A DNA stretch of 64,000 bases from Cycas panzhihuaensis (taxonomy: Eukaryota; Plantae; Cycadophyta), in the NCBI GenBank assembly GCA_023213395.1, contig CM041465.1, positions 107,019,741-107,083,740 of the forward strand, written 5' to 3'. The first letter of the stretch is position 1, and each line of letters starts with the position of its first letter. The position numbers were made by a program, and so were the translations under genes. The notes beneath the pieces are model-generated. The model had not been told where the DNA came from. It made no database searches and saw nothing but the letters and a program-made list of their open reading frames with translations. Shown here piece after piece: positions 1 to 12,295 of this stretch.

Positions 1-91
1 GTCCGCGGTATGATCCTCGTTCTTTAGCCTATTAGCCACGTGGTTTTGTGTCCTTCGTGGCGTTGGATCATTGCCCGTGGAGAGCATTTCA
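1..91 (+). repeat. 3' end of the 5' LTR of element 1
   Basis: Near-identical to 10727-10822, ends in CA and is immediately followed by the PBS. Confidence 0.9.
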
Positions 92-108
92 TGGCGACCA
101 TCTTGGGG
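92..108 (+). promoter_or_regulatory. Primer-binding site, tRNA-Arg-like
   Basis: TGGCGACCATCTTGGGG directly after the LTR CA. TGGCGACCA is complementary to the 3' end of plant tRNA-Arg(TCG) as I recall it, and Arg primers are typical of Tat/Ogre elements. Confidence 0.7.
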
Positions 109-457
109 CTGCCAAGAAGGGAGCTAGATCCGCTTCCCGCCGTGTTGGTGCTCTTGCCTTTAGGTAGGCTCGCATTTTGTGTTTTGAGTTGGGCAACCCC
201 AGCGGGTTTGCGGTCTTTCCTTCCTTTTCCTTTCCGCTTTTCTAACAACGCTCGCGGGCGTTGCATGCGACGTTCTCGCGCCTTGCGGGGTTTGCCTTTG
301 TTAGAAGACCAATCGTCGCGTTTCATTCCATCGTCGAGCCCCGTTCAATGGAAGGTTACCGTCCGATTGGGCCTACCATGCCATGACTTCGAACTCATGA
401 GTTCCCTTCGTCTGATAGGAATCCACCCGTGAGGCGAGGATTCCATCTATTACCCTG

Positions 458-3200
458 ATGACCATTTCCACCCCGAAGATTTTGAGCCTTCCACTCATGC
501 AGCGGAAGATCCGGCTACTCGTGAGACCCGCCACCTCACTGGCGAGCCTTACGAGGAGCGCCCTGAGGGGTCCCCTACCTCAAGTCCCTTCGACCTCGTA
601 TGGCTATGAGGATACCCCTCCCGCCGACGCGGTCGGGCGCTGGCAGTACTGAGCGATTCGCCAACCGCCTCCTAGATGGTTAGCGGAGATGCTACATAGC
701 GTGGCGTCTTCCTCATCCATGCCCACGTCATCTCGACGATTGATCGTCGCCCGCGCACACCGTCCTATCGTGTCTACCCCGGCTCCTAAGGCGGTGTTGC
801 GTTTCTGCTCCTAGTCGTGGTCCCACTTCCTGGACGCCAGGCGCATCTTTCCCTCAACTCGGTTAGTATGCCTTGCTCAAACCAAGCGCCGTGCCACTTT
901 GAACGTGGCGCACGCGTTCCCTAGTAGGCCTCGAGGCCTGGCTAGCGCCCGACCATGTAGGACCCACTCCTACGTATGTCCGAACCGGTTGGTGGTCCTT
1001 CTCTACGTGCCCCCAGGGCTACACGTCACAACCTTGGCGGGCGAGGAAACCACCTCCCTCATGGAGTGGACCTGCACCCATATGGGGTCGCGCCACCTAC
1101 GGTGGCCCATATGGGCAAAACCCGGTCCCTCACCCCATTTCCGGCGTCCGTAGCGACTCCTGGCTGCGCCCGGCCTGAGGGGAGCGCGCCCTTTCCAACA
1201 TCTACCCGCAGACCCCCTTCCCACAAGGGGTGTTTTCTCAGGAGGATGGGGCCGACACCCGTCAGGTGCCTTTGGCGGTTGTCGATCCTTTAGCGAGCAA
1301 GGACACGTCCTTTCGTGGACTATAGGTCGACGCCCGTCCGTCGAGGCGCTAAGGACTAACTTGCCGCCTCATCCTCCTGAAGTCCCCAAATTTGACGGGA
1401 CTTCGTCGCCAGACCCAACCGACCACGTCTTGCGACTTTTCCATGGCGTGCATTGACTATTGGGCCTACGACCACATCTTGATGAAGCTCTTCCGCGATC
1501 CTTGCGGCGGCGCCCTCAAGTGGTTCTATCGCCTTCACCGCCCATTCGATTTCCTCATTCCGGCTAGTGGGCGAGTTAAGTCAACTACTTTGGCGTGGCG
1601 TCCATTCGGCGGAATGAAGGCGCTCGCTCAAACAAGGTCACGATGAGATGAATCGTGACTTTGTGCGACGTTTTCACGATCTTCTTCATTCCACCAAGGC
1701 CACATTGCCTGAGGAGTTGAAGAGGATCTCTTTGTCAATACGCCATGCCAAGTGCATGTGGAAGAATCCTCAAGATGGGGGCAACCACGTGTGACTACGC
1801 CATCTCGGTGTTTAGCTTTGGAGGCTATTGAGATCCAGCGGTCTCGAAACCTCCCAAGCCCTGCAACGTCGCGGGCGCCTCCTCCGGTGAAGGAGACCAC
1901 ACCTTCAGCGGCCGCTGGTCCACCTCTCATCCGTGAGAGGACCCTAGATCAGCTTACCTCGCCATTCGCTCATTCGGCATACGATGAGGAGTTAAAACTC
2001 CAACCTCCTTAATCGCCTACCTCCCATAGACACATTCGGCGAGACTTCTCGTGCGATGCCCCCGAAGGGGCAACACCCGATCTTCTCAAGCGGAGGATCG
2101 ATCCTCCCCTTGAGAAGAGGTGGTGTTCCATCACGAGGAGTGTTTCCATGACGATGCGGCGTTGCGGGCACGGCACCCGCGGCGCCCAGCCTCACGACTC
2201 GTCCCACAGGCGGACATCGAGGCCTAACCTCGATCGACTGTTTATAGAGACGTTCCCCAAACATGGGGGCGTGGTGCGATGTTCAACAAAGATACGGTCG
2301 AGAATCGGGATAGATCTCCCGTCCTCGCCCTCGCATGGTAGAGGAAGGGTGTGCGAAGGTCACCTTCCTTGGCGCTCCCACGGCCGTGCTCCATCACCTT
2401 GCGGTCAGCTATAAGGGAAAGAAGGTTGTCCAATTGCTTGAGACCACTCAGTTATATGCCTTAACTTGGGTCCCAGCGCTAAAGAAGCGGTGGTGCCTCT
2501 TCATCCACATCTCACCTTGATCCTCCTCAGGAAGCTATTCCTCCAGGAGATTCCGGCTTCCCAAGACTATTCCCGTCAGGCCGGTGGATTCGACTTTAGA
2601 AGGCGCTTACCCAACCACGGGGAAGGGTAAACCCTTTTCTATCGTTGACGAGCTCTATCACCGTCGGCGGGAATGTCCTTGATGGGCGTCTTGAGAAGGC
2701 GCCACGAGCAACGTGCTCTTCTTCTTGAAGCTCTTGGCCAACAAGATGCTTCCATCCATGCGATAGGTGCTACCTCCCATGGACCACTGTCATCTCATTT
2801 GATCCTAGAGATCTCCCATCTCCCGACAGCGGAGAAGCTCTTGCATTACGGATTCGTCATTACCATTGACACTCATTGTATCGTAAAGAGGACCATTGTA
2901 GATAATGGCTCCTCGGTTAATCTATACTGTGCGTATGCTCAAGGAGCTAGGCATAGTAGCTCTTAGTCATCCTTGGAAATGCCAAGGGTATGATGGGGCG
3001 AAGTCCCCTCTGAGGCGATCTCCCTATCCCTCACCTTAGGAGGAAAAGCATTTTACATCGAAGTTCTTTGTACTCGATGTCGATGTGGAGTACAACCTCT
3101 TGTTGGGCCGACCATGGCTCGACGGATGGGGCGATCTGCTCCCGCGATGTGGGCAACAAATTTGTCCATGAAGGACAAGTTAAAGTTGTCGCTTGAAGTG
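458..3200 (+). pseudogene. gag-protease, heavily frameshifted
   Basis: Retrotrans_gag motif FSMACIDYWAYDHILMKLF...ALKWFYRL (~1440-1540). Protease motifs KRTIVDNGSSVNL (~2885-2925) and YNLLLGRPWL (~3090-3120). The MTIST start is shared with element 2. Confidence 0.85.
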
Positions 3201-4608
3201 AGCAATCTTAGTCTCACACCTCTCATCCGACTGCCGGTGTTTTCGATGATGAAGATAGCGATCTGAGGAGGTTACCCCTTAGTGGGACCTTTGTTTCGGA
3301 GGCAGGCCTTCATCGGTCGAATATGCCCGTCATGAGCCAAACCTAGTTAGGTTTGCCCCTAGCGTGGGTGGTTCTGATTAAGCGCCATGGTGATTACGAT
3401 TCGGATAGCGAGGGTTATGGGCCCTCTCCTCGGCGTGTCACCACGGTTTCGCGAGCACTTGGGGAATATCTCGGTCGGATATTCGCTCTTCCTCATTCTG
3501 GTGGCTCCGAGCCCTTTGGTCTCGCTCGACCATTTATTTTACCTTCTCGACCCCGGCGGTTTCACGTGGGCGCCCGTGGCGAGCCACTCGTGAGGCACTT
3601 CTTCTTCACGTTCTAGATCCTTACCTCGGACTAGAGCCACTCCTACTCGGATGCAACCTTGCCGCGGTCATGGTGTGCCAAGTCTGTTGCACTCATCGAT
3701 TCGGAGCCATAGCAAGTTTCTTTGGTAGACCTAGCGATCTTGGACCTACTCTTAGTCACCTATCTCCTACCTGCGTGTGACTACCCCTACCTTTATGGGG
3801 TCTAGGCACACCTCTTCCTCTCCTCGCGCTCATGACGAGCCTAAACTACCATTTTAGATTGTTCCCATTCCTCCCAACCACGGGTGGAATGGCAATTTGA
3901 ATGGTTCTTGCTCAAAGCGAGCCTAAACTACCATCTTAGGTTGTCCCCATTCCTCCTAACTACGGGTTGAATGGCAATTTAAGGTGGATTTTTCTTCGAT
4001 TTCGCTTCCGGTTCCTCTGCGGAACAGCGTTCCCATGAGCTCTTGGGAACCTTTGTCTTCTATTTTGGGCATTCCCCAAATTAGGGACGGCCATTGAATA
4101 TCGTTACTCCCCTTTCCATGCTTGTTGTTTCCTTTGCACATTCGCTATGCTCCCTCGTGGACATGTATGTGCCCCATCCTCTAACCTCACACCTCTCGAT
4201 CGCCTCTACTCACGGTGGATGTGTGTGCTCCTGTTAGACATATGGCCATACATGGAAGGAAACACCTGCATACTTTCAATAAGATATCTCTGACAAAAAA
4301 AATCTGCATATCTACACATTTGCATTTCTAAAACAAACAAATATCTACAACATATGTACATTTACAGCATACAAAAATACTCATTTACAAAATAAATCAT
4401 ACATGCTACCTCTACCATACATGGTACACCATTTCATGTCAAAATGGGGTTCCAATTGCCCGTATGTATATATATATCAAAATGTCATAGTACATCGTGT
4501 GTGTGGGAAGCGGGGTCCTTGTGGGAGTACAATCATGTGAGCCTACATATGACCCCACAGGCCCGCGCTTTCCCGGCAAAACCGTACATGTGTACGCGGA
4601 TCTCCTAG

Positions 4609-6443
4609 CTACTGCTGCTGCTGTCCCGATCACAGGGTCCGTCTCACGGCTGCGTGATCCCTCTCACAGGGACCACGTCCTGCGAGCTCCTCCTGGTCCT
4701 CACTTGGTGCCCCGCCTCGCTTGCCTCGTCCGTGGCGTCTGGGGTCGTGGCCGTGATGCAGGTATGTGTCCGGCTCTGCTCGACCTCGAGGCTATCACAG
4801 GCCACTAGGCGATCGTGTCGGGCACTGGATGCGATCCAGCTCTCCCGAGTGCCTCCTGCATGTCTAAGGCTCTGTGATGATTATCAATTTGGGTCCTGCT
4901 CTCATTGTCTCACTTTGTGCCACCACAATGCCTCTAGAGCTGGACCGAGTCCTCGCGACTCGTCTCTCTCGCCGCGCCTCATCCCTCTCGCGCCTCGCGT
5001 CGTCTCTCTCTGCTGCGATCGTCCACAGGATGTAGCGTGCTCTTGGGACTCATGACCCATATATCCCTCGCCCTCCTGTAGGCGAATGCCTCTCTGTGGG
5101 CCCCGTGCTCTGGGCTCATCACACACTGGATGGGCGGTTGCCCCTCGCGTAGACACGAGGGAATATCTCCCTCGCCACCGCCTCCATCGGCCTCACAGTC
5201 TCCCACACTGCCAGGCAACATGCCATGCGTCGGTGTGTATCCTCGATATAAATCAAATCAAATCAAAATTCTATCTAGATGTCAAACGACTAAAGGGAAC
5301 GGTTAGGTCTCACCTGCTGCGGCTGCCGGGCCCTCTGCTTTCGGCGACATCTTCCTCTCTGGCTCCCGTGGTGGCGGTGCCTCTTCCTCTGGCACGTCCT
5401 CTGCCTCTGCCTCGTCCTCGGTAGGGCCGGGCTCGCCTCTCGCTCCCCCGGATCTCCTCACGATCCAGGGCACAGTCCCAGTCCCTGGCGCCTGCTCGCC
5501 TCTGCGGCTCAGCGGGCTGCCCCTCACATGGCGACTCGGGTGATCCCATTGCGGTCCACGGTGGGCTGTGATGGGCCAGCCCCGTCGCCCCCATCGTCGT
5601 CATCGTCATCGCTGTCATCGATGGGTGCTCCCCCCTCTGCTGGGTCATCGCTCGCCCACCTCACCACCCTGTATGGATGCGCTCGTGATGCAGCCGGGGT
5701 GAGGAGGTCGGCGATGTCGCGTCGGCAAACCGGCGGACATGAGGTGGTCCTCTGTCCCTCTGACGCGTCGCCACTGTGGACCATCGGGGCCCACCTCGAT
5801 ATGAGAGCGGTCCCCTGCTGGTGCCTTCTTGCGAAATGGTCAAGAACCCGACCTTTGGAGCAATGTCTTTGTATGGAGCCTCCTCTCCACGAGCCTCGAT
5901 CGCATCCGGTTGGGCGGCGAGGTTCGCCACAACTAAGTAGCCAATCCATCCTCTCGTAGGCCTCGCATCGGCGTCTTGCGTCCACCCGACCTCACAGGAT
6001 CTCCACATAGTTACATTTTAGGAGATCAGGAGCAGAATGCATAATAAAATGAGCTTCCTCGCAGGAATCCCAAACATAGTCAAATGCGGAGGAGCCCCTC
6101 TCATTGCCATCTGTCTCCCAAGTGAGGCCTGGGCCGCCTCTTGTGTGTCTTTGCCTCATTGCTGGCGGCGCCCTCAATCTCACCAGGTCTCCCGATCGGC
6201 GCACCCCGGGATCGCGACATCCTGCGGAGTAATGGTGGCGTCCCTATCGGCGGGTGAAACACATGCCTCCTCCTATCCCAGTGCGACCTGATGTCCACGA
6301 GTCTCTGATCGGGGCCAGCGTCTTGGGGGTCTTCAAGGCCTTGTATAGGCGCATCTCTTCTAGCCTTGTCCTCCTCGTCGTGACTCTAAGCTACTCGAGA
6401 ATGGAGTGCAGATGTTCTCGCGGTTGTCCACCGCGATAAGCAC
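4609..6443 (-). pseudogene. Antisense plant mobile domain (PMD, MAIN/MAIL-like) gene of element 1, frameshifted, with an intron at 5208-5313
   Basis: Minus strand reads DQRLVDIRSHWDRRRHVFH..IGDATITPQDV..GRPV across frameshifts, matching the PMD signature RW...H.FHLP.GE.TITL.DV..ILG. The intron is CAG|GTGAGA...TGGCAG|. Homologous to 16776-18572. Confidence 0.75.
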
Positions 6444-7066
6444 TGCAATCGATCATAGTCGATCGAGAGTCGATCTCTAGCAGTTTATCCCTATGTCTTT
6501 TCCGGTCTTGGGCGTTTGGCCCTTTTTATGTTTTTCCAACTTTACGCTGCGTCTGCTCTGAACTTAGCGATGCAGCTAAGTTCGAGCGGGCCCGTGGCGA
6601 TCGTCCCTGGCGAGATCTGCGGCAAAGATCGCGGTCTTGCGATCTTTCTTCTTGATCTGCCGTGACCTTCTAAAAATGGAATTTTGCCCGAAAATCAAAA
6701 ATTTACTGCGGTGGACCCCATGTAGGGGCCCGGGACGAGCCTAATGCCGGGTCCCGCCTCTTCTTGGTCCGATTCGGACTCGGGAGGCCTCTGATCGCCC
6801 ATAAAGGCGTGGGAAAGCATTTAAATTCAATGAAGGCGATGAAATTCAAATTGCAAATTCAACGAGGTATCGTGGGATCCACTCATTTGGATCCGGTCGT
6901 GATCGTCATCTGGTTTCCACTGGCGCATTGTTGTCTCCTCGCTCCGATCTAGCGGTCGGATCGTCCTCGGTGTGTTTACGAAGTCGAGGCGCTCGCGTCG
7001 TAAGGGAAAGGCTCTGGTTTTAAATGCGAGGCGGTGAAAATGAATCCGGTTTTCATTGATTTTTCC

Positions 7067-7073
7067 TTATATA
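7067..7073 (-). promoter_or_regulatory. Candidate TATA box of the antisense PMD gene
   Basis: TATATAAGGAAAA on the minus strand. Motif and downstream context (AATGAAAACCGGATTCATTTTCACC) are conserved at 16118-16157 in element 2. Confidence 0.55.
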
Positions 7074-7562
7074 GGCGGGGGCCAGGCAGGCTTTTCTTAG
7101 ATTTTGGCTCGTGGCGGATCGTCGGGACCGTCTCGTCCACGTTGATCGCCTTTGCCTTGGGCCGGCCCATTGCGCTCCATGGGCGCCCTTCTTCTTCCTC
7201 TTGAAAGCATTTATGGCGCTTTATGGTCGCATTTTGGGGGGCCCTTTTTGCCGTTTCTTGTTGCTCAGGCATGCAGAGTTTATACTCGTTTGGCTCGTTT
7301 AGCCGCTCTGAGCTCGTTTTTCGGTCCTTTTTCACCCTGGAGCTCCAGAAGGAAGTGTTCCCCGTCACGGGGGCACGTTTTGCTAGAAGCAACTTTCGGG
7401 GACTCGAGTCCCGTTCCGCCTACTCTCAATCAGTGCCCTGATGGCTCGCTCTCGGGTAGCCTCATTGCCAGGTCCTCCTACCCTTCGTGGCCCGCCGTGT
7501 TCGCTATTCAGTCTTAAATGTTGCTTACATTGCTATTTGTTGCCCGAGTTCGACATTCGACC

Positions 7563-7950
7563 ATGTCTCTCCTCATTTTCACCAGATGGTGGAAGTCAGC
7601 GGCAACCCGGGCCTTCACGTGCGTGGATTCTTAAGTAGTCCCTCGGGCATGATTACATGCGTTACGGAATCTTTCTTCGAGGCTACCAATATGACGAGTA
7701 CGGCCGTTATTGAAGCCCTTCTGTGCTCTTCGTTTCCATCAAGGGTCTATTGTGTTGTTCTGCGATTCTCGGGTTGTGGTGTCCCACCTCACCCGGGTTT
7801 ACAGTGCGGTGCCCTCACGAGAACCCTCGCATCTGCCGCTTGGTCCCTCTGGCTCGTTTCTCATCGGTGGATATTGGCATATCCGAGGCACCTCAATCTT
7901 TGGTGGCGACCTCGTCAGCCTCATCCTTGGCGTCGCCTCCCTCTTCTTGA
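7563..7950 (+). pseudogene. Stand-alone archaeal-type RNase H (aRH) ORF of element 1, frameshifted
   Basis: ATG-SLLIFT-DGGS-GNPG...ATN..EY.AVIEAL...FCDSRVVV...HIP, read across frameshifts, gives the RNase HI/aRH catalytic motifs. Confidence 0.8.
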
Positions 7951-8307
7951 TGGCCGTGGTTGAGGCTTGCACAGCCGGCCCGTGCGGTCTCTAGTTGCGG
8001 GTTAGTTAGATGCGCTTGCCACATCTGCTTTGGATGCCACCGCTACTTCATATTGCACCTTGGTAGCAGGGCATCCCGTCCTTCTTGCTTACTTGATTTT
8101 AGCTCGATGTTTAGGCGGCGTGGCGGCCCTACGTTGTCCTCGTCTCTGTCGCCCTTGTCCGCAGCGTTCGCCACGACACTTGCCGCACCCTTGGACCACG
8201 TCTTTGCTCTTTATTGTTTATATATATATGCATGTGCTACTCATGTTTCTTGGTTGTGACGTCGCCATCACATTACGCTCTCGGCGGTGAGGCTCTGCGC
8301 GAGGCGA

Positions 8308-10822
8308 TGTTGAGCGGTATCGGGGAATGGACTTGCGACACATCGACCGAGTTTGTCTTGGTATATGCCTTTACTTTGCTTACTTATGATCGTTCGCGAT
8401 GGTGGGAATGGTTTGATTGACATGTACTGTCCATATGCACTGTTTGATTGTTTGTTCATTATGCATGTGCTAGCGGCACCTTTTAGCCTATAATGACTCA
8501 CGGTGGGGGCATTCATCGTGAATCGACACCGTATAGCGTACAACCACCCACGGCGTCTCCATGGTCTTCGGGATGCTTTTGTCGGCTGTTTAGGCGTGTT
8601 ACAGCGTCTTGCTTATGTTGCAAACCCTTTCTAAGCTTTGGTTTAACCCTTAGTTAGGTCTTTTTGCACCGTTTGAGCACATGCCCATGACCTAAAGCGC
8701 TCTTGACTAATGTATTTTGAGTTTAACTTGTGATTTTACCTTAAAAACACGATTTCTTACTTTAATTTTACATTTTTGGGTTTTCGGTTCGTCTGCGGAT
8801 AAATTAAGCGATGCCGCGGAGTTCGGCGGTGCCGGTCGTCTGCATGATAAACTTAGCGATGCTGCTAAGTTTATCATGATACTGTTAAAATTTAAAAAAA
8901 AAAAAAGAAACAGCGGTGCCGCGATTTTTCGCGGAGCTGGCGTGGCTCTAGCAGTTGGGCGCGGGGCCCCAGCGTTCACTTGCTTCAATCAAGACATAAA
9001 AACCATTTTTTTATTCATTTGCTTCATTATTCACCTCACTTTTCAACTTTCTGAGCATTTTCTTCACAAAGAGACAAGAACAAAAAGCGATGATAAGAGA
9101 CATCTTTCTACAATTTGTGGGGACGAGAGGCACCAAGGGCTGCTATTCTTTGGAGATCTGAGGCCATTCTGCCCCCTACGAGCTCCAATACAAGCATTCC
9201 TCCTCTTCACACACATTGAAAGCTTCAAGAGGATTTTTACCAAGAAAACCATTGCAAGAAACCATTTCCATCTCATTTTCTTGCATGAGGCTCCACCATC
9301 TCACTCTCTTGCAAGGGACATGCTACATTCCTTCATAGGCATCTCTTGGACTGCTGCCCCCAAGTTGCTAAGTGCCTACATGCACTCCTTCTTCACCATT
9401 AGAGGTATTTGGTGTCATTTCTTTGGTGTTTTGCTTGCTTTTTGTATTATTTTACTTGCAACTCTTTGCTTCCTTTTGTATATGTATTCTCTTGGCTTCC
9501 CCTTAGCCATTTGATGCAAGGAACCATAGTATTTGTGGCCTATTAGAGTGTTACCCAAGGATAGGCTTAGTTTCCCATTTTCTTCCACTCATCCTTCTTC
9601 TCCCATCCTTCTCTTTCGCCATTTCTTGGGCAAATAGGCATAAAGGGTTACGAGGGTTTGAGGAGATAGGCGGGGTTCATCCCCATTCTTAGTCCTACTC
9701 CCCAAGGGTTAGTCCTTTTCCTCTCCCCTTTATCTCCGCTTTGCTTAGAAATAGGGCTAGAGAGCTTTGGAGAATCGGTTGAGTGCTTACTTTAACTTAT
9801 GCTACGGGTTGCTCCATGATCCTTCTTGTTGCATGCTAGCATCGTTTTCCCTTACGTGTGGAGACCTCTCGTGGGTGAGTTAGCCATCCAGGGCTATACT
9901 CAACCCCATTCGAATGCGTTTGTGGTGTATGACCTTGGCATGCACATCATATGGCGTTGTTTCTTTTATTGCATGATAGTGCTTAACTATGTCCTTTTAG
10001 CTTAGTTTGCTTTACTTGCAACATATATACATATATCTTTTGTATCTCGTAGCCCCTCTTTCGAGAGGAAGGTATTACCTTATTTGCTTGCGGAGGCGTT
10101 GAACAAAGGCGCATAGGGTCGACCATTCTTGGGTCGGCGCTTGTTTAATACGTTCTCCCTTTTGTTTATGTCGCTTTGAGCTTTATTTTCTATCGTTTGA
10201 TTTAGTTAGTGTTTATTTGCTTTCGGGGAGGTAAGTGATCCCCATCACGCTTACAGCGGCGTCGCATCTGAGGAGGACAGCGGGAGGAAGCGCAGTGGGA
10301 CGGACACTGCGTCTCGTAAGCCATGGGATCCGGGTATTCTCAGCTCACCTTCCATACTCTTTTTCGTGCTCTTCGTTTCTTTACACTTGCTTTAGTAGTT
10401 AAAGAACATAAGAAAAAGGAAGAAATAACTATTTATTTTGTACTTGCTTTTTACTCTGCATTTGCTTTACTTGTACCTTTCTTTGCTATACCCGCGTATT
10501 ATAGTATTTGAGATCCTTTGGCCGATCCCTCCTTAGCGCTCTTGCATATATCTTACTGCGACACGTTTGGTTGGTTACCCCTTAGCTTTCTCATTGCCTT
10601 GAGAAGTAGCGGCGTCTGATTCCTTTTCCCCTTCACGGCCATCCAGGAAGGGTAGGAGGGTCTCGCCTTGCGGCTACAGGAAGCAACCGGGCACCTTGCG
10701 GTCCGTGCAGCGCTCGGCGCGCGGACGTCCGCGGTATGATCCTCGTTCTTTAGCCTATTAGCCACTGTGGTTTTGTGTCCTTCAGCTAGGCGTTGGATCA
10801 TTGCCCCGTGGAGAGCGTTTCA
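8308..10822 (+). repeat. 3' LTR of element 1 (~2.5 kb)
   Basis: Begins TGTT at the position homologous to the element 2 LTR start, ends TTTCA, and its end matches 1-91. Confidence 0.75.
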
Positions 10823-10874
10823 ACAACCTAGAATATTGAGTTTGTCTACTCTCACTCCCACCAAGTATTATCTA

Positions 10875-11177
10875 TGTAAGAAAAAAAATGAGTTAATAAT
10901 AGAACAACAAACAAAGACTTTGTAGTAAAATTAGTCTATCTTCAAATATTTTCTATTAATATTGAATTGTGTGATACAAAGTATGATATAGATATAAATA
11001 CAAGTGTTGGCCAAATAACTATCCATTAGAGTGGTAATTATCTAACTCGTGTCATGCGCCCACTAAAGACTTTGGTAACTCTCAATAGCACATGGTTCAA
11101 ACTAACCCATCAAGAACTAAGCAACCACTAGGACTTACAACATTAAATTATGACCCAAACGAACATTAATTCTAGCA
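10875..11177 (-). repeat. 3' LTR of Copia A
   Basis: PPT ATTAAGGGGAG (11178-11188) is followed by TGCTAGAATTAATG...CTTACA. The start resembles the LTRs at 58207 and 61819. Left end inferred. Confidence 0.65.
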
Positions 11178-12295
11178 CTCCCCTTAATGTTTATTTCATT
11201 AGCTTTAATATTAATACCATCTCTAAACTTCTCAAGTTTGTCTTGTGCCAATAATTTGGTGAAGATGTGTGCCAACTTTTCATTAATAGGGTTGTACATC
11301 AACTCAATCTCCCCATTTTGAGTCTTCTCTCTAATAAAATGATAACGCACCTCAATATGTTTCATGCATAAAACACTAGATTCTTGGCTATCTTCAATGT
11401 ACTTGAATTATAATGGTCCAACTTTGTAATGCCTTTCTAATAAAAACCTAAATCACCAAGAAACAATTTTAACTAGATGGCTTCGCATGCTACAACTACA
11501 GTGTTATGCTGTGCTTTAGTAAAAGAAATGACATCATTGGGTTGTTTTTTGTTCCTCTAAGTTACAATAACTAATCTAAAACTAAAATAGTATCTAAAAA
11601 TGAACCTTCTACTGTCAATGCATCCAACCTAATCTAAATAAAAAAGACCCTCCAAGACAAAATTATTGTTGTGGGTAAACTCAAGTCCATACTATATGTT
11701 TCCTACAAGTATCTCAAAATCCTCCTTCCAATTTTCTAATGGCTTTGCTTTAGTTCTATCATGAACTTGGATCCCATGCCTATTGCATAAATAATATTAG
11801 GTTTAGTTGTAATCAAATAAATGTAACTTTTAACTTTTTGTCTGTACAAATTGCCATATACCTACTTCCCTTCATCTTAAGCTAATAACTTTGTCCATGC
11901 TTCCATTGGGATCAATGAAGGCTTGTAGTCCTCCATTCTGAATTTTTCCAAAATTCTCCATGTGTATTTAGTATGTAAAATGGATATCCTACCAAGTCAT
12001 TACCAAACTTCTAATTTAAGGAAATAATGGAGTAGTCGAAGATTAATCATTTTAAAAGTGTTCTTCAAATCTTCTTTTAAGTCTTTTACAATTGAGGTAT
12101 CATTGTTTGTTATGACTAAATCACCAGCATACAAGAGCATGGAGATCACAAATCTTTCATCATGAACCTTTATATACAAGTTTGAATCAACTAACGAATT
12201 TTCAAATCCATTCTTATGAAAGCAATCATCAATTTTAAAAATACCAGGCTTTAATAAGCTACTTTAAGCCATACAAAGCCTTTTTTAAAGGGGAC

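Larger units (their letters stand above)
1..10822 (+). mobile_element. Ty3/Gypsy Tat-type LTR retrotransposon, element 1; non-autonomous (gag-PR, antisense PMD, aRH; no RT/RH/INT); 5' LTR mostly outside the window
   Basis: 1-91 repeats at about 10727-10822 (LTR end ...TTTCA). A PBS follows at 92. Gag and protease motifs are present, and the element is collinear with element 2 except for the missing pol core. Confidence 0.9.

Noticed and set aside
24-8543. Dozens of short overlapping R/P/G-rich ORFs here and at 14800-26200
   Set aside because: They are alternative-frame products of GC-rich, frameshifted retroelement DNA. Only segments with recognisable motifs were kept.
8717-9514. 265-aa ORF, one of the longest in the track
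   Set aside because: It lies inside the element 1 LTR, has a TTG start, shows no recognisable motif and has no matching protein in the element 2 LTR. Treated as a chance ORF.
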